A DNA stretch of 64,000 nt from Candidatus Marinacidobacterales bacterium (GTDB taxonomy: Bacteria > Acidobacteriota > Vicinamibacteria > Marinacidobacterales > DATDRI01), in the NCBI GenBank assembly GCA_965219415.1, contig OZ244742.1, positions 1,056,001 through 1,120,000 on the forward strand. Direction: 5' to 3'. Of the stretch, positions 1-11,451 are shown in pieces; position 1 is the first letter of the stretch; the number at the start of each line of letters is the position of its first letter. A program made the position numbers and the translations under genes. Under the pieces are notes generated by a model, which did not search any database, had not been told where the DNA came from, and worked only from the letters and a program-made list of their open reading frames with translations.

Positions 1-486
1 CCGAATCCTGTTCTAGGCGTCCAGTCACTCGGCTTGGGCGTGGGGGCGCTGTTGGTCATCGCGCTGGCGACTTGGACGACGAGTGACAAGGTTCTCTATT
101 CAGGCGGGCTGGCCGTGACCAATATATTTCCGAGGTGGCCCCGCTGGCTCAACACTATGGTACTCGGTTCGGTCGGAACCGCCCTCGCCTGCCTCCGATT
201 GACCCAGTACTTCACCCAGTGGTTACTCCTCTTGGGGACCATCTTCGCACCCTTGGTAGGTCTGCTGATCGCAGACTACTTTGTGTTTAGGCGACGAAGG
301 CTTGGGGGAATGGAGACCTCGGCCGTGAATTGGATCGCTATCGCGGCTGTCGCCTGCGGAATCATCGCCGGGCGACTGGCACCGCCTGAAACGATTCAAC
401 CAGTAACGTCTATCGTCGTCACCGCCGGGGTCTACGTCGCCGGGATGAGCTGGTGGAAACGAAGCGGCTTCAGGACGACTCCATGA
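1..486 (+). CDS. NCS1/cytosine permease-like transporter, C-terminal part (runs off left edge)
   Basis: Frame open from position 1; multiple TM helices; WTT..LYSGGLA and P..G..IADYF motifs typical of CodB-like permeases. Confidence 0.75.
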   Translation, partial: PNPVLGVQSLGLGVGALLVIALATWTTSDKVLYSGGLAVTNIFPRWPRWLNTMVLGSVGTALACLRLTQYFTQWLLLLGTIFAPLVGLLIADYFVFRRRRLGGMETSAVNWIAIAAVACGIIAGRLAPPETIQPVTSIVVTAGVYVAGMSWWKRSGFRTTP

Positions 487-1267
487 ACTCGATCAGCACG
501 TCGTTGAACCTGTCCGCATTCTGCAGGGGGACGGAGTGGCCGTCGTCCTCTAACAAGACAGAGCGACCCTTGGGTGCCGTTTTCGCGATGTACTCACCGA
601 GCGCGAGGGGATAGAAGTCGTGGCCGGTATAGACGGCGAGGCATGGAATCCGCAAGCTCTTCAACACCTCTCGATGATCGAGCCTTAGCTGATTGCGTAC
701 CGCCTTCATCGCCACGTCGAGAGGAGTTTGGAGTGAGATTTGGTAGACGCTTTGGACTTCCGCTTCGCTCGGATTGAGAAGACAAGCCTCGGCAAACCGC
801 CATCGTCCATTCAGAGGATCGTTCGCAACGCCGTCGATGTAGTTCATGCACTCCTCTTCTTCTATACCGAGGTCCCAATCCGGAGAGTTCGTTAACTTGA
901 TGGGACCAGTGACCAGGACGACCCTCGACACATCACCGTCGTCTTGGAACTGCTCGAGGTAGCTGAGCGAAACACTCACGCCCATCGAACGACCGACCAG
1001 CGTTACGTCCTTCAAGCCAAGGCTCCTTATGAGGTGGCGGACGTCGGAGCCGAACTCCTCGAAACTGTACGCCCAGTCGCCTTTCTCGGACTGCCCCATC
1101 CCACGAAGATCGAGCGCCGCACATTGATAGCGGTCCTGAAGCGCGTAAATCTGACGATCCCAGGTCCGATGATTACTCATCCAGCCGTGTACGAAGAGGA
1201 TGGGTCGCCCTTCCCCGCGCGTCACGTAGTAGAGCTCGGCTCCGTCGGGGGTTACCGTTCTCGCCAT
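470..1267 (-). CDS. alpha/beta hydrolase (non-heme chloroperoxidase/arylesterase-like)
   Basis: FVHGW oxyanion motif, DLRGMGQS, GRSMG nucleophile elbow, C-terminal GH. Confidence 0.9.
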   Translation of the reverse strand: MARTVTPDGAELYYVTRGEGRPILFVHGWMSNHRTWDRQIYALQDRYQCAALDLRGMGQSEKGDWAYSFEEFGSDVRHLIRSLGLKDVTLVGRSMGVSVSLSYLEQFQDDGDVSRVVLVTGPIKLTNSPDWDLGIEEEECMNYIDGVANDPLNGRWRFAEACLLNPSEAEVQSVYQISLQTPLDVAMKAVRNQLRLDHREVLKSLRIPCLAVYTGHDFYPLALGEYIAKTAPKGRSVLLEDDGHSVPLQNADRFNDVLIEFMESS

Positions 1268-1288
1268 CTTCGAGTCCCTGAAGCCCGC

Positions 1289-2506
1289 TCACATGAGAGC
1301 GGGCAAGGAAGTGTAAATCCGCGGCGAGAAAGCGTCCCACCGGATGGGAAGCTCGAGGCTCGTATCGAGGTGGAGTTTCGGAAACCTGCGGAAGAGAGTC
1401 TGGAAAGCGATTTCGAGCTCTGCGGTGGCGAGCGCGGAGCCCGTACAAGCATGACGTCCCAGGCCGAATGCGAGGTGCCGGGACGCATTGTCACGTTGGA
1501 TATTGAAACGATGGGGGTCCTCGAAGACGCGAGCATCACGATTCGCGGAAGCCAAGCCAATGTAGACGATCTGCTCGGGCTCGATGGTCCTCCCGGCGAT
1601 CACGGTTTGCTCGGTCGCCACCTTGAAGATGAACCCTCCCGCCGCGTATCGGAGAACCTCCTGCGCGGCCGTCTTGATGAGCGATTCGTCGTCCTGCAGC
1701 GCTCGTATTTCCGAAGGATTGCTCAAGAAACAATACGCGCCATTGCCGAGCTGCTCCGCGGTGGTGACGATCCCGGCCGCAAGGAACGAGACGCACTGAG
1801 CAGAAAGCTCCTCCTCACTCATCTCGCCGGTCTCCACCTTGCCGATCAAGAACGAAACGAGATCCCTTCCCCGACGCTTGCGTCGTTGCGGTATCAGGTC
1901 TCGAAAATAACGTTCCAGCGCCAGCGTCGCATCGTTCCCCGCCTTGGCTTTCGCCTCGATGTCCTGGGTCGGGGCCCTAAAGAGTGTCGCGACGGCGACT
2001 CCGCTCTCGCAGAACAGTTGTTGATCTGACCTGGGCACGTCGAACATCTCTCCCAAGACGGTCGCCGGGATTACGTCCGCGAAATCCTTCACGAGATCGA
2101 CACGGCCCGAATCCTCCGCCCGATTCAAACAGTCATCGACGACCCGCTGGATAGCGGGGCCCCACCGTTCGACCGCAGCGGGAGTGAAAGCTTCCCACGA
2201 CTGGCGACGCAAGCGAGTATGCTCGGGCGGATCGGACATGAACAAGGCCTTGCTCAAGACACGCCGATAGTCTTTGAAAAGGTCGGGGTCAATCGCCTTG
2301 AGCCGGTCGGGAACGCGGGAGGTCCGGGCGTTGCTCAGGTGAGGATTGAGCAGCGCCTCCGACACTTCTGGATAGCCGGTCGCGAACCATGCTTGAAACT
2401 CCTCCGACCAGTGAACGGGATCCTCCTCGCGCATCCTCTGATACAGAGGATGAGGATCGGCGAGCCGCTCCAGCTGTTTCAAATCGAACGCGACGGTCCG
2501 GGACAT
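1289..2506 (-). CDS. cytochrome P450
   Basis: DPPEHTRLR, EVLR (ExxR), heme motif FGLGRHACTG. Confidence 0.95.
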   Translation of the reverse strand: MSRTVAFDLKQLERLADPHPLYQRMREEDPVHWSEEFQAWFATGYPEVSEALLNPHLSNARTSRVPDRLKAIDPDLFKDYRRVLSKALFMSDPPEHTRLRRQSWEAFTPAAVERWGPAIQRVVDDCLNRAEDSGRVDLVKDFADVIPATVLGEMFDVPRSDQQLFCESGVAVATLFRAPTQDIEAKAKAGNDATLALERYFRDLIPQRRKRRGRDLVSFLIGKVETGEMSEEELSAQCVSFLAAGIVTTAEQLGNGAYCFLSNPSEIRALQDDESLIKTAAQEVLRYAAGGFIFKVATEQTVIAGRTIEPEQIVYIGLASANRDARVFEDPHRFNIQRDNASRHLAFGLGRHACTGSALATAELEIAFQTLFRRFPKLHLDTSLELPIRWDAFSPRIYTSLPALM

Positions 2507-2714
2507 TCGTGTTTCCGTTCAAGCGGATGGATCCCCTCCCTATACCCCAGTGCGGAAGTTGTTGTCAAAGTTGCCCTCACAGCGCTGTCCGTTTCCGGAA
2601 ACCGTTCGTCCCGTTCGCGGGCACCGCAGCGGCCTTGGCAGTGCCGGCCTGCACGATTCGCGGCATTCTCGCGGTCGCCGGCCGGTACAGTTATTGCAAC
2701 TCAGCTGTTGCATT

Positions 2715-4925
2715 GTGAGATTTCTCAACGATCTCCGCTACGCTTCCCGGAGGCTCCGCAGAGCGCCTGGCTTCACCCTAGGAGTCGTCTTGGTCCTGGC
2801 TCTGGGTATCTCCGCGACTACTTTGGTTTTCAGCATCGTCTACTCCATCCTGCTGCGACCTTTGCCCTACACGGCTCCGGATCGACTCGTGCGCATACTT
2901 TCCCTCAACGAGGCGGAAGGCCACCTCGATTGGACTTCCATTTTGGAGGCCCGCGCGTGGCAGAGCGAAAGCGCAACGTTCTCCGATGTCGGGTTCTCGA
3001 CCTATTTCGGCGTCATGTGGCGGACGAGCCAGTGGAATGAGCAGGTCAACCACGGAGTGGTATCCGCAAACTACTTCGATGTTTTCGGCGTTCGACCCGC
3101 CGTCGGGAGATTCTTCGTCAAGGAAGACGAAGCCGCCGATAGCCCGCCACTCGCCGTGTTGAGCCACCGATTCTGGCTCGAACGGCTGGGCGGAAACGCG
3201 GGCATCGTGGAGCAGGTGCTCAACCTCGGGGGAGAGGATCACACGGTGATCGGGGTTGCTCCGCCGGTGATCTACGGCCACGACCTAGGAAGCGACGTGA
3301 GTCCCGAGCTCTGGGTCACCTTGCGAGCCGGCGAAAATCCTCGCAACCCCCACTTCCGGATCTACACCGCTTTCGGGCGGCTCGCGCCCGGGGTGTCCGT
3401 CGGGGAAGCCTCGACTAACCTTCAAGTGGTAAGCGATCGACTGGCGCAGGATTTCCCGGAGACCTACGCCGGGTGGAAAGTGTCCCGTAGAACCCGTGCT
3501 CGACTCGTTCGTCGACCAAACGAGGCCGGGGCTTTACATGCTCCAGGCAGCGGTCGGGCTCGTCCTTCTCATCGCTTGCGCGAATATCGCAAACCTGATG
3601 CTTTCTCGCATCATGGGCGATCGCCGGGAAATCGCGATTCGGCTCGCCTTGGGAGGAGGCCGGAGCGATCTCGTGCGTCAGGTGTTGGCAGAGAGCTTGC
3701 TGCTCGCGCTCGCCGGAGGCACGGTCGGCCTGACCATTGTGGTCTGGGTGCTCCCGGTTCTAACAAGCTTCCTACCGCAGGGTCTCCCGCGTGCGGATGA
3801 GCTCACCGTGGATCGAGCGGTGCTGACCTTCACCATGTTGCTGGCCCTCGGGTCGACCGTAATCTTTGGCCTCTTACCGAGCTTCCTAATGTTGAGAGGA
3901 GATCTTGCAAGCTTCCTCAGGGAGGCTGGAAAAAACATCGGCTCGGCAGGTAGTCGGTTCAAGGATCTTTTCGTCGTCGGGCAAGTAACCATCGCCCTAC
4001 CGTTGCTGATCGGCGCCGGCCTGTTGATCCATAGCTTCGCCTACCTGCAGGAAAAAGATCCCGGATTTGAACCCAAGGAGGTGGTTTCTCTGCGCGTTTC
4101 GTTGCCCTTCCGCCAATACCCCGAACCGGCGAGGCGGGCCGCTTTCTTTGAGAATCTTCTACGAGAAGTAAGACGGCTACCGGGAGTGAGCTCCGCAGGC
4201 GCGACCCTGCAAGTGCCCTACGTCAGCACACAAGCCGACCGAGCAGACTACTCGGTGGAGGGTGATCCGATGCCACCGGCCTCGGAAACGCCAAGAGCAC
4301 TCACCCATGTGATTAGTCCAGGATTCTTCGAAACGCTGGGGGCGCGCCTCGCCCAAGGACGATGGTTCGACAATCGTGACGCGGCCGATTCGACACCCGC
4401 GGTGATCGTCAGTCGCGAGCTCGCGCGCCGGCACTTCGCCGACCGGGATCCGATCGGACGTCGCATTGTCTTTGACATCACGTTGTCCACGAGGTCGCCG
4501 CGCTAGACGCGGCGTTCTCCACGATCGTGGCACGCCCGCGGCTCTATGCTTCGGTGCTCGCTAGCTTCGCGTTTCTTGCTCTTCTCCTGGCCGGCCTCGG
4601 CCTCTACGGAGTTCTCTCTTACGTAGTGAATCAGAGAACACATGAGCTCGGTATCCGAATGGCCCTCGGCGCGCCGCGTTCCAGCCTCCTTGCTGGAGTC
4701 ATGCGCAGAGGATTGAGCCTGACGCTCGTCGGTTTGGCCCTCGGGGCGCCACTGGCTTTCATCTCGGCGCGAGTCTTGGCCACCGTACTCTACGGAGTCC
4801 AATCCATCCACCCCATGACGTTTGCGGTGACGCCCTTCGCCTTGTTGCTAGCCGCCGGATTGGCTTCCTATTTGCCGGCACGTCGGGCAACGCGGGTCGA
4901 CCCCGCGACCACTCTCAGACACTGA
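2715..4925 (+). pseudogene. ADOP/MacB-FtsX duplicated ABC permease, frameshifted and internally deleted
   Basis: DLRYA..RL...PGFT N-terminus, [34 protein letters not shown]; frameshift near 3490 and a missing block near 4500. Confidence 0.85.
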
Positions 4926-4953
4926 CCGTCGTAGCTTTCCGCGTCCCCGTGCG

Positions 4954-5789
4954 TTAAGGAGACGTCGGCGCCGCCTCGCCTCCTTTCGCAGCATAGTGGA
5001 TGATCCGGCTCATGGAATCGCGGTGACTACCTTCGACGAACAGGGCCTGGCGCATTGCTTGTCGCTCCTCCGGCGTACGAGTGTCGTTGGCGCGAATGGC
5101 GGCCCTCACTTTAGCGTCTGCCTCCAGGCTCGGTACCACACGCCAGTACGTGATGCTGCCCGGAGCTTCGGTATGGATGAATTCGACATCGATTCCGTAG
5201 GCAAGAATCGTTCCTTCATCGAGGAGCCGGTCGTGCGTGGCCTTGTTACGCTTTTGCCATGATTCTAGATATTCGCGACCTTTTCCCGGTTTGGCTTGAA
5301 CCGAGGACCCAAAGACGAAACCTTCATCCGTTTGCGCGGAACGACCCCGAAACAGCAAGCTCTGGCCCAGGGTGTCGCGATGGTTCTCTATCGAGCCGGT
5401 GAGTTCGGCAGTCCCGTTTCTTACGCTCCGCTTCGCTCAACTTCTCGTCTCGCTCGCCAAAAGGCGTCGATCACCCGTTGAAGGCTCGCGAGGTCTTTAC
5501 CCGACCACCAGGTCGCGTGGGTGTAGCCGTCCTCGGTGTGAATCGACCGGGCGGTCATGGCCCATTCGGTGATGACGCCCTCGGCCAACAGCTTGTCCAG
5601 GATGGGCTTCTGATTTTTCGTGAAATTCTCTTCGTATGAGCTCCAGTGTGTTCTTTTCACGTCCCAGAGAGCTTCCCGATAGTAGTTTCCCGCATCATCT
5701 TGCGCTGCCAGGGGTGCGACGATGCACAAGAGAGCGCTTAGGACAACCAGAAAGGCCAAAACCCTATTCTTCATAAGATCCTCCTGCAA
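4954..5789 (-). CDS. secreted protein with two similar domains, split by a probable frameshift near 5420
   Basis: Signal peptide; ORFs 5421-5789 and 4954-5358 share the motif D(K/R)LL.EG.I.......IHTE. Confidence 0.6.
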
Positions 5790-5881
5790 AAAAGTGTGTC
5801 GTGGATGTTAGGGGGTCAATTCGCAGGGACGAGTGTATTCATTCTGGAAAGAAATGCAAGAATGTGATGGAGAACGAAGCA

Positions 5882-7333
5882 CTAGCCCTTAATCACACCC
5901 ATCGGGCGGAGTTGTGCGACCTTCTGGCTGATGCCCGCTCCCTGAACCACATCCACGACTTCCGCGACGTCTTTGTAAGCCTCCGGAATCTCTTCCACCA
6001 AAGTGGCTCTCCCTGAGGCTCGGACGATGATCCCCTGCTCTTCCATCTCGCGAACGATGGCGCGTTTGCCGGCGGTCTTCCGCGCCTGGCGACGACTCAT
6101 CCGCCGCCCGGCACCGTGGCAGGTACTTCCAAAGGTCTCCTGATAGGCGCGCTCCGTGCCCACCAAAACATAAGAGTAACGGCCCATGTCCCCGGGGATG
6201 AGGACCGGTTGTCCAACCGCGCGGTAGGCGGAGGGAATCTCGGGATGGCCGGGTGGAAAGGCTCGCGTCGCTCCCTTACGGTGGACGCACAGTTTTTTCT
6301 TCTTGCCTCCGACCCGATGCTCTTCGAACTTAGCGATATTGTGGCAAACGTCGTAAACCAAACCGAGGCCGAGTTTCCCGCGGCCAATTCCGAGCACCTT
6401 CTCGAAGCTCTCGCGCACCAAGTGCGTGATCATTTGCCGGTTAGCGAAGGCGTAGTTGGCGGCCGCCGACATGGCACCTAGATAACGCTTCGCCTCTGGA
6501 GAGGTCAGAGGTGCGGCGCAAAGCTGGCGATCGGGGAGCTCGATGCCGTACTTCGCGGAAGCGCGTAGCATGATCTTCAGGAAGTCGTCACACACCTGAT
6601 AGCCGAGCCCGCGGGACCCGGTGTGGATCGAGACCGTCACCTGTCCGGGGAATAGACCTAGAGCATCGGCAAGCCTCTGGTCGTAGATTTCGGCGACGTA
6701 CTGGATCTCGCCAAAGTGGTTCCCCGAACCGAGCGTCCCCAGTTGCGAGCGCCCGCGTTCGATGGCGCGGGGACTGACCTCGTCAGGATCCGCACCCTCG
6801 AGGCAGCCCCCTTCTTCGATGTACTCGAGGTCAGTTTCGGTTCCGTAGCCGTTGGCCACTGCCCAACCCGCACCTCGCGTGAGAACTCGTCGCAACTCAG
6901 ACTGGGGGAGCTTGAAATCGCGACGGTGCGCCCCGACACCGGTTGGAACATTGGCAAAGAGGGTCTCGACCAACTCCCGGAGTTTTCCGTCGACGTCCTC
7001 GCGACTCAGACCTGAGCGCAGTAGCCGGACTCCTCAGTTGATATCGAAACCGACACCCCCCGGCGAGACCACGCCGTCGTCTTCGGGCGAGAAAGCGGCA
7101 ACGCCCCCAATCGCGAAGCCGTAGCCCCAATGAATATCCGGCATCGCGATGGACCGGCCTACGATACCGGGAAGGGACGCCACGTTGGCCACTTGCTCGA
7201 GGGCAGGATCCCCGCGAAGGGTGTCGACGAAAGACTGGCTCGCGAAGACCAATCCCTCGACACGCATCTTCCCTTCTCTCGGGAGCCGCCAGCGGTTGTC
7301 GTCGATTTTCTGAATCTTGACTTTGCTTGCCAT
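5882..7333 (-). CDS. rtcB: RNA ligase RtcB (archaeal/eukaryotic-type length, 483 aa) with in-frame TGA at catalytic Cys; candidate selenoprotein
   Basis: One continuous frame: [67 protein letters not shown]; AGGA RBS before ATG 7333; TGA at 7034-7036 is codon 100. Confidence 0.93.
6992..7033 (-). promoter_or_regulatory. putative bacterial SECIS element directly 3' of the rtcB in-frame UGA
   Basis: mRNA UGA-GGAGUCCGGCUACU-GCGCUCA-GGUC-UGAGUCGC-GAGGACGUC; apical loop starts 21 nt after UGA; CAGGUCUG equals the fdhF SECIS core. Confidence 0.75.
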
Positions 7334-7353
7334 CGCGTTTCCTTTCGGACGCT

Positions 7354-7767
7354 TCATAGATCGAAAACGATTGTCGTCGAGAGAGATTTCCCCTGCCTCA
7401 CCAGTGCCATGCGGTGGTAGGTCACCGCCTTCACTTCTCGATCGATGGGATGGCGCTCGGGATCGAGCTTCTCACCCCACGCCTCAGCCTCGAACCGACG
7501 GTCTTCCACGAGCCGGGGCTCGAATCGGGAGAACAGCCATCTTTGGTCTTCATAGAGAAAGAGAAGCTCGGTGAGCCAGGACACCAGGAGCTCTTCGTCG
7601 CTCGCGGCCTCGACGCTTATCGAGACCGACTGCCGCGGTTCGACGGTTCCCAAATCGGTGATGATGTCGAAAAGGGCTCTTGCGGCCTCGGAAAAGAGCT
7701 CCGGCTTCCCTTCCGCGACCACCTCGACCATGTAGTCGGCCGTGTGGTCCAACACGCGGTAGGGCAC
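7354..7767 (-). CDS. archease (RtcB activator)
   Basis: [24 protein letters not shown]-terminal FDL; directly upstream of rtcB. Confidence 0.95.
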   Translation of the reverse strand: MPYRVLDHTADYMVEVVAEGKPELFSEAARALFDIITDLGTVEPRQSVSISVEAASDEELLVSWLTELLFLYEDQRWLFSRFEPRLVEDRRFEAEAWGEKLDPERHPIDREVKAVTYHRMALVRQGKSLSTTIVFDL

Positions 7768-7926
7768 CGAGACAGACTATGAGCTAGGCGAGTGACCTGT
7801 CAACGAGGTCGGGCTCCCCGGCCAGAAAATCGACACCTTGCCACGCTAGCTATATCTTTTATTTTCAATAGAATAGGCCAAAATAGCCTCCCCCTGATCT
7901 CAACCCAAGCCACTAAAGCTTTTTGC

Positions 7927-7955
7927 TTGACAACGGCTAAGGCAGTCGTTACCAT
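7927..7955 (+). promoter_or_regulatory. sigma70-type promoter of hsp20-groES-groEL
   Basis: TTGACA (7927-7932), 17-bp spacer, TACCAT (7950-7955). Confidence 0.85.
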
Positions 7956-7963
7956 ACGGCCCG

Positions 7964-7990
7964 TTGGCACTCGCACGCCGTGAGTGCTAA
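7964..7990 (+). promoter_or_regulatory. CIRCE element (HrcA operator)
   Basis: TTGGCACTC-N9-GAGTGCTAA, one mismatch to TTAGCACTC-N9-GAGTGCTAA. Confidence 0.95.
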
Positions 7991-8022
7991 CCCAATAACA
8001 AAAGTAAACCAAAGCGGTAATT

Positions 8023-8469
8023 GTGCCCGTTGCCCACTGGGACCCGTTTCGTGAGCTCGTTGCGCTCCAAGAGCGTATGAACCGGCTGTTCGATCAGACC
8101 TTCTCTCGCTCCCGCTCCCAAGCGGAAGAGTCCAGCGCTGGCACCTGGTCTCCCCCGGTCGATCTCTACGAGTCCCAGGCGAGCCTGGTGTTGAAGGCCG
8201 AGCTGCCGGATGTCGATCAGACTGACATCGAGCTTCGTATCGACAGCAACCGGATCTCCCTCAGGGGCGAACGGCGTATGAAAGAGGCGATCAATCAGGA
8301 ACAGTTCCATCGTATGGAACGAGCCTTCGGCCCGTTCAACCGGACCTTTACTTTGCCGACGACTATTGACTCCGAGAAGGTCAAGGCGGAGTTCAAGAAC
8401 GGCATCCTGATGGTCATCATGCCCAAGCAGGTCGACAAAAACAGCAAGCACATTCCCATCAGCGGCTGA
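8023..8469 (+). CDS. Hsp20/alpha-crystallin small heat shock protein
   Basis: WDPFREL, WSPPVDLYE, ER.FG.F.R.F.LP, A.FKNGIL. Confidence 0.95.
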   Translation: MPVAHWDPFRELVALQERMNRLFDQTFSRSRSQAEESSAGTWSPPVDLYESQASLVLKAELPDVDQTDIELRIDSNRISLRGERRMKEAINQEQFHRMERAFGPFNRTFTLPTTIDSEKVKAEFKNGILMVIMPKQVDKNSKHIPISG

Positions 8470-8530
8470 GCCGCAGGAAGACCCCGCGGGGCCATTCGCA
8501 TTTCAGTTAAAAAGGAGGAGGAAGTAGGCA

Positions 8531-8821
8531 ATGAAGATCACACCCATCAAAGAAAACATCGTCGTTAAGCGTCTCGAGGAGACGGAAGAGAAAAAAGTTG
8601 GATCCATCATCATCCCCGACAGCGCCAAGGAAAAGCCCTTGACCGCGGAGGTCATCGCGGTGGGCTCGGGCCGGGTGCTCAAGGACGGCCAAAAGGTCCC
8701 GCTGGAGGTCAAAGTTGGCGACAAAGTTCTAGTCGGAAAGTATTCCGGCTCGGAAGTCAAACTGGAAGACATCGAGTATCTGATCGTCAGAGAAGACGAG
8801 GTACTCGGAATTCTCGAGTAA
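8531..8821 (+). CDS. groES: co-chaperonin GroES
   Basis: IIIPDSAKEKP, VKVGDKVL, KYSGSEVK; strong RBS. Confidence 0.97.
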   Translation: MKITPIKENIVVKRLEETEEKKVGSIIIPDSAKEKPLTAEVIAVGSGRVLKDGQKVPLEVKVGDKVLVGKYSGSEVKLEDIEYLIVREDEVLGILE

Positions 8822-8883
8822 ACGGCGGGTCTTCGCGCACCCTTCGGGTGCGCCAACCCACCATCACATATATGAGGAGGTAG

Positions 8884-10536
<1,653 letters not shown>

Positions 10537-10560
10537 GGTCCGGACTCAGCGTATACTCTC

Positions 10561-10602
10561 AGCCCCGACCCGCTCTGGTAGGAGCCGGTCGGGGCTTTTT
10601 TT
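10561..10602 (+). terminator. intrinsic terminator after groEL
   Basis: AGCCCCGACC...GGTCGGGGCT stem followed by T-run. Confidence 0.9.
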
Positions 10603-10613
10603 CTTGTGGCAGC

Positions 10614-11429
10614 ATGAAACTGAAGAATCGCGTAGCGCTCGTCACCGGGGCCGGCTCTGGTATCGGCCGAACCATCTCGATAGCCTTCGCTCGGGAAGGA
10701 GCCATCGTCGTTGTGAACGATCTGCGCTTGGCTGATGCGGAGCGAACTCTCGATGACATCGAGCAAGCTCGAGCACACGCTCTAGCCGCCGACGTATCGA
10801 ACAGTGAAGAGGTCGGCCGCATGTTCGAAGAAGTGGCGAGACGATTAGGAAGACTCGACATCCTGGTCAACAACGCGGGAATCGCCGAACCGCCCGAGAG
10901 ATGGGCCGAGCTCAATCGTATTGCCGAGGCTCGCCTCGCAGAGCTCGCCGCGGGCAAAGGGATCGAAACTCACTGGAACGTCACTGCAAACATGAGCGAC
11001 CACACTTGGCGACGGATGATGCAGGTGCACCTCGATGGCGCCTTCCTCTGCGCGCGTGCGGCGCTAGAGCCGATGAAACGTCAAGGAAAAGGAGCGATCA
11101 TCAACATGTCCAGCACCGCGGCAATCATGGGCCTCGCCGACGCGCCCCACTATTCGGCCGCAAAGGCCGGTGTGTTGGGTTTGACCCGCTCGTTGGCTCG
11201 GGAGGTCGGGGCGTGGAAGATTCGAGTCAACGCGATCGCTCCCGGTTTCGTGGAGACGCCCATGACCGCCCATATCTCGGCGAAGGTCAAGGCAAGCTCC
11301 CTGAAGCACATACCGATGGGTCGCTGGGCGACCGCAGAGGACATTGCCGCCAGTGCGCTTTTCCTGGCGTCCGACGAAGCCGCATACATCACCGGGCAGT
11401 GTCTTTCGCCGAACGGTGGAATGGTCTAG
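10614..11429 (+). CDS. SDR family oxidoreductase (FabG-like)
   Basis: TGAGSGIG, NNAG, YSAAK, IRVNAIAPG. Confidence 0.95.
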   Translation: MKLKNRVALVTGAGSGIGRTISIAFAREGAIVVVNDLRLADAERTLDDIEQARAHALAADVSNSEEVGRMFEEVARRLGRLDILVNNAGIAEPPERWAELNRIAEARLAELAAGKGIETHWNVTANMSDHTWRRMMQVHLDGAFLCARAALEPMKRQGKGAIINMSSTAAIMGLADAPHYSAAKAGVLGLTRSLAREVGAWKIRVNAIAPGFVETPMTAHISAKVKASSLKHIPMGRWATAEDIAASALFLASDEAAYITGQCLSPNGGMV

Positions 11430-11451
11430 CCACGGTTTCGGCTTGGGGGTG

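Noticed and set aside
944-2029. Long antisense ORFs (also 24492-25589, 33090-34115, 41763-42689, 62135-63124)
   Set aside because: They overlap well-supported genes and are expected shadow ORFs in GC-rich DNA
7034-7036. Genome-wide UGA reassignment (Trp/Gly)
   Set aside because: TGA ends many genes at their expected C-termini (hsp20, P450, ALDH), and Trp or Gly could not replace the metal ligand
5882-7357. rtcB as two genes, a frameshifted pseudogene, or an intein/intron-split gene
   Set aside because: Both parts are in the same frame with 20 conserved-looking codons between them and no inserted sequence; only one TGA interrupts
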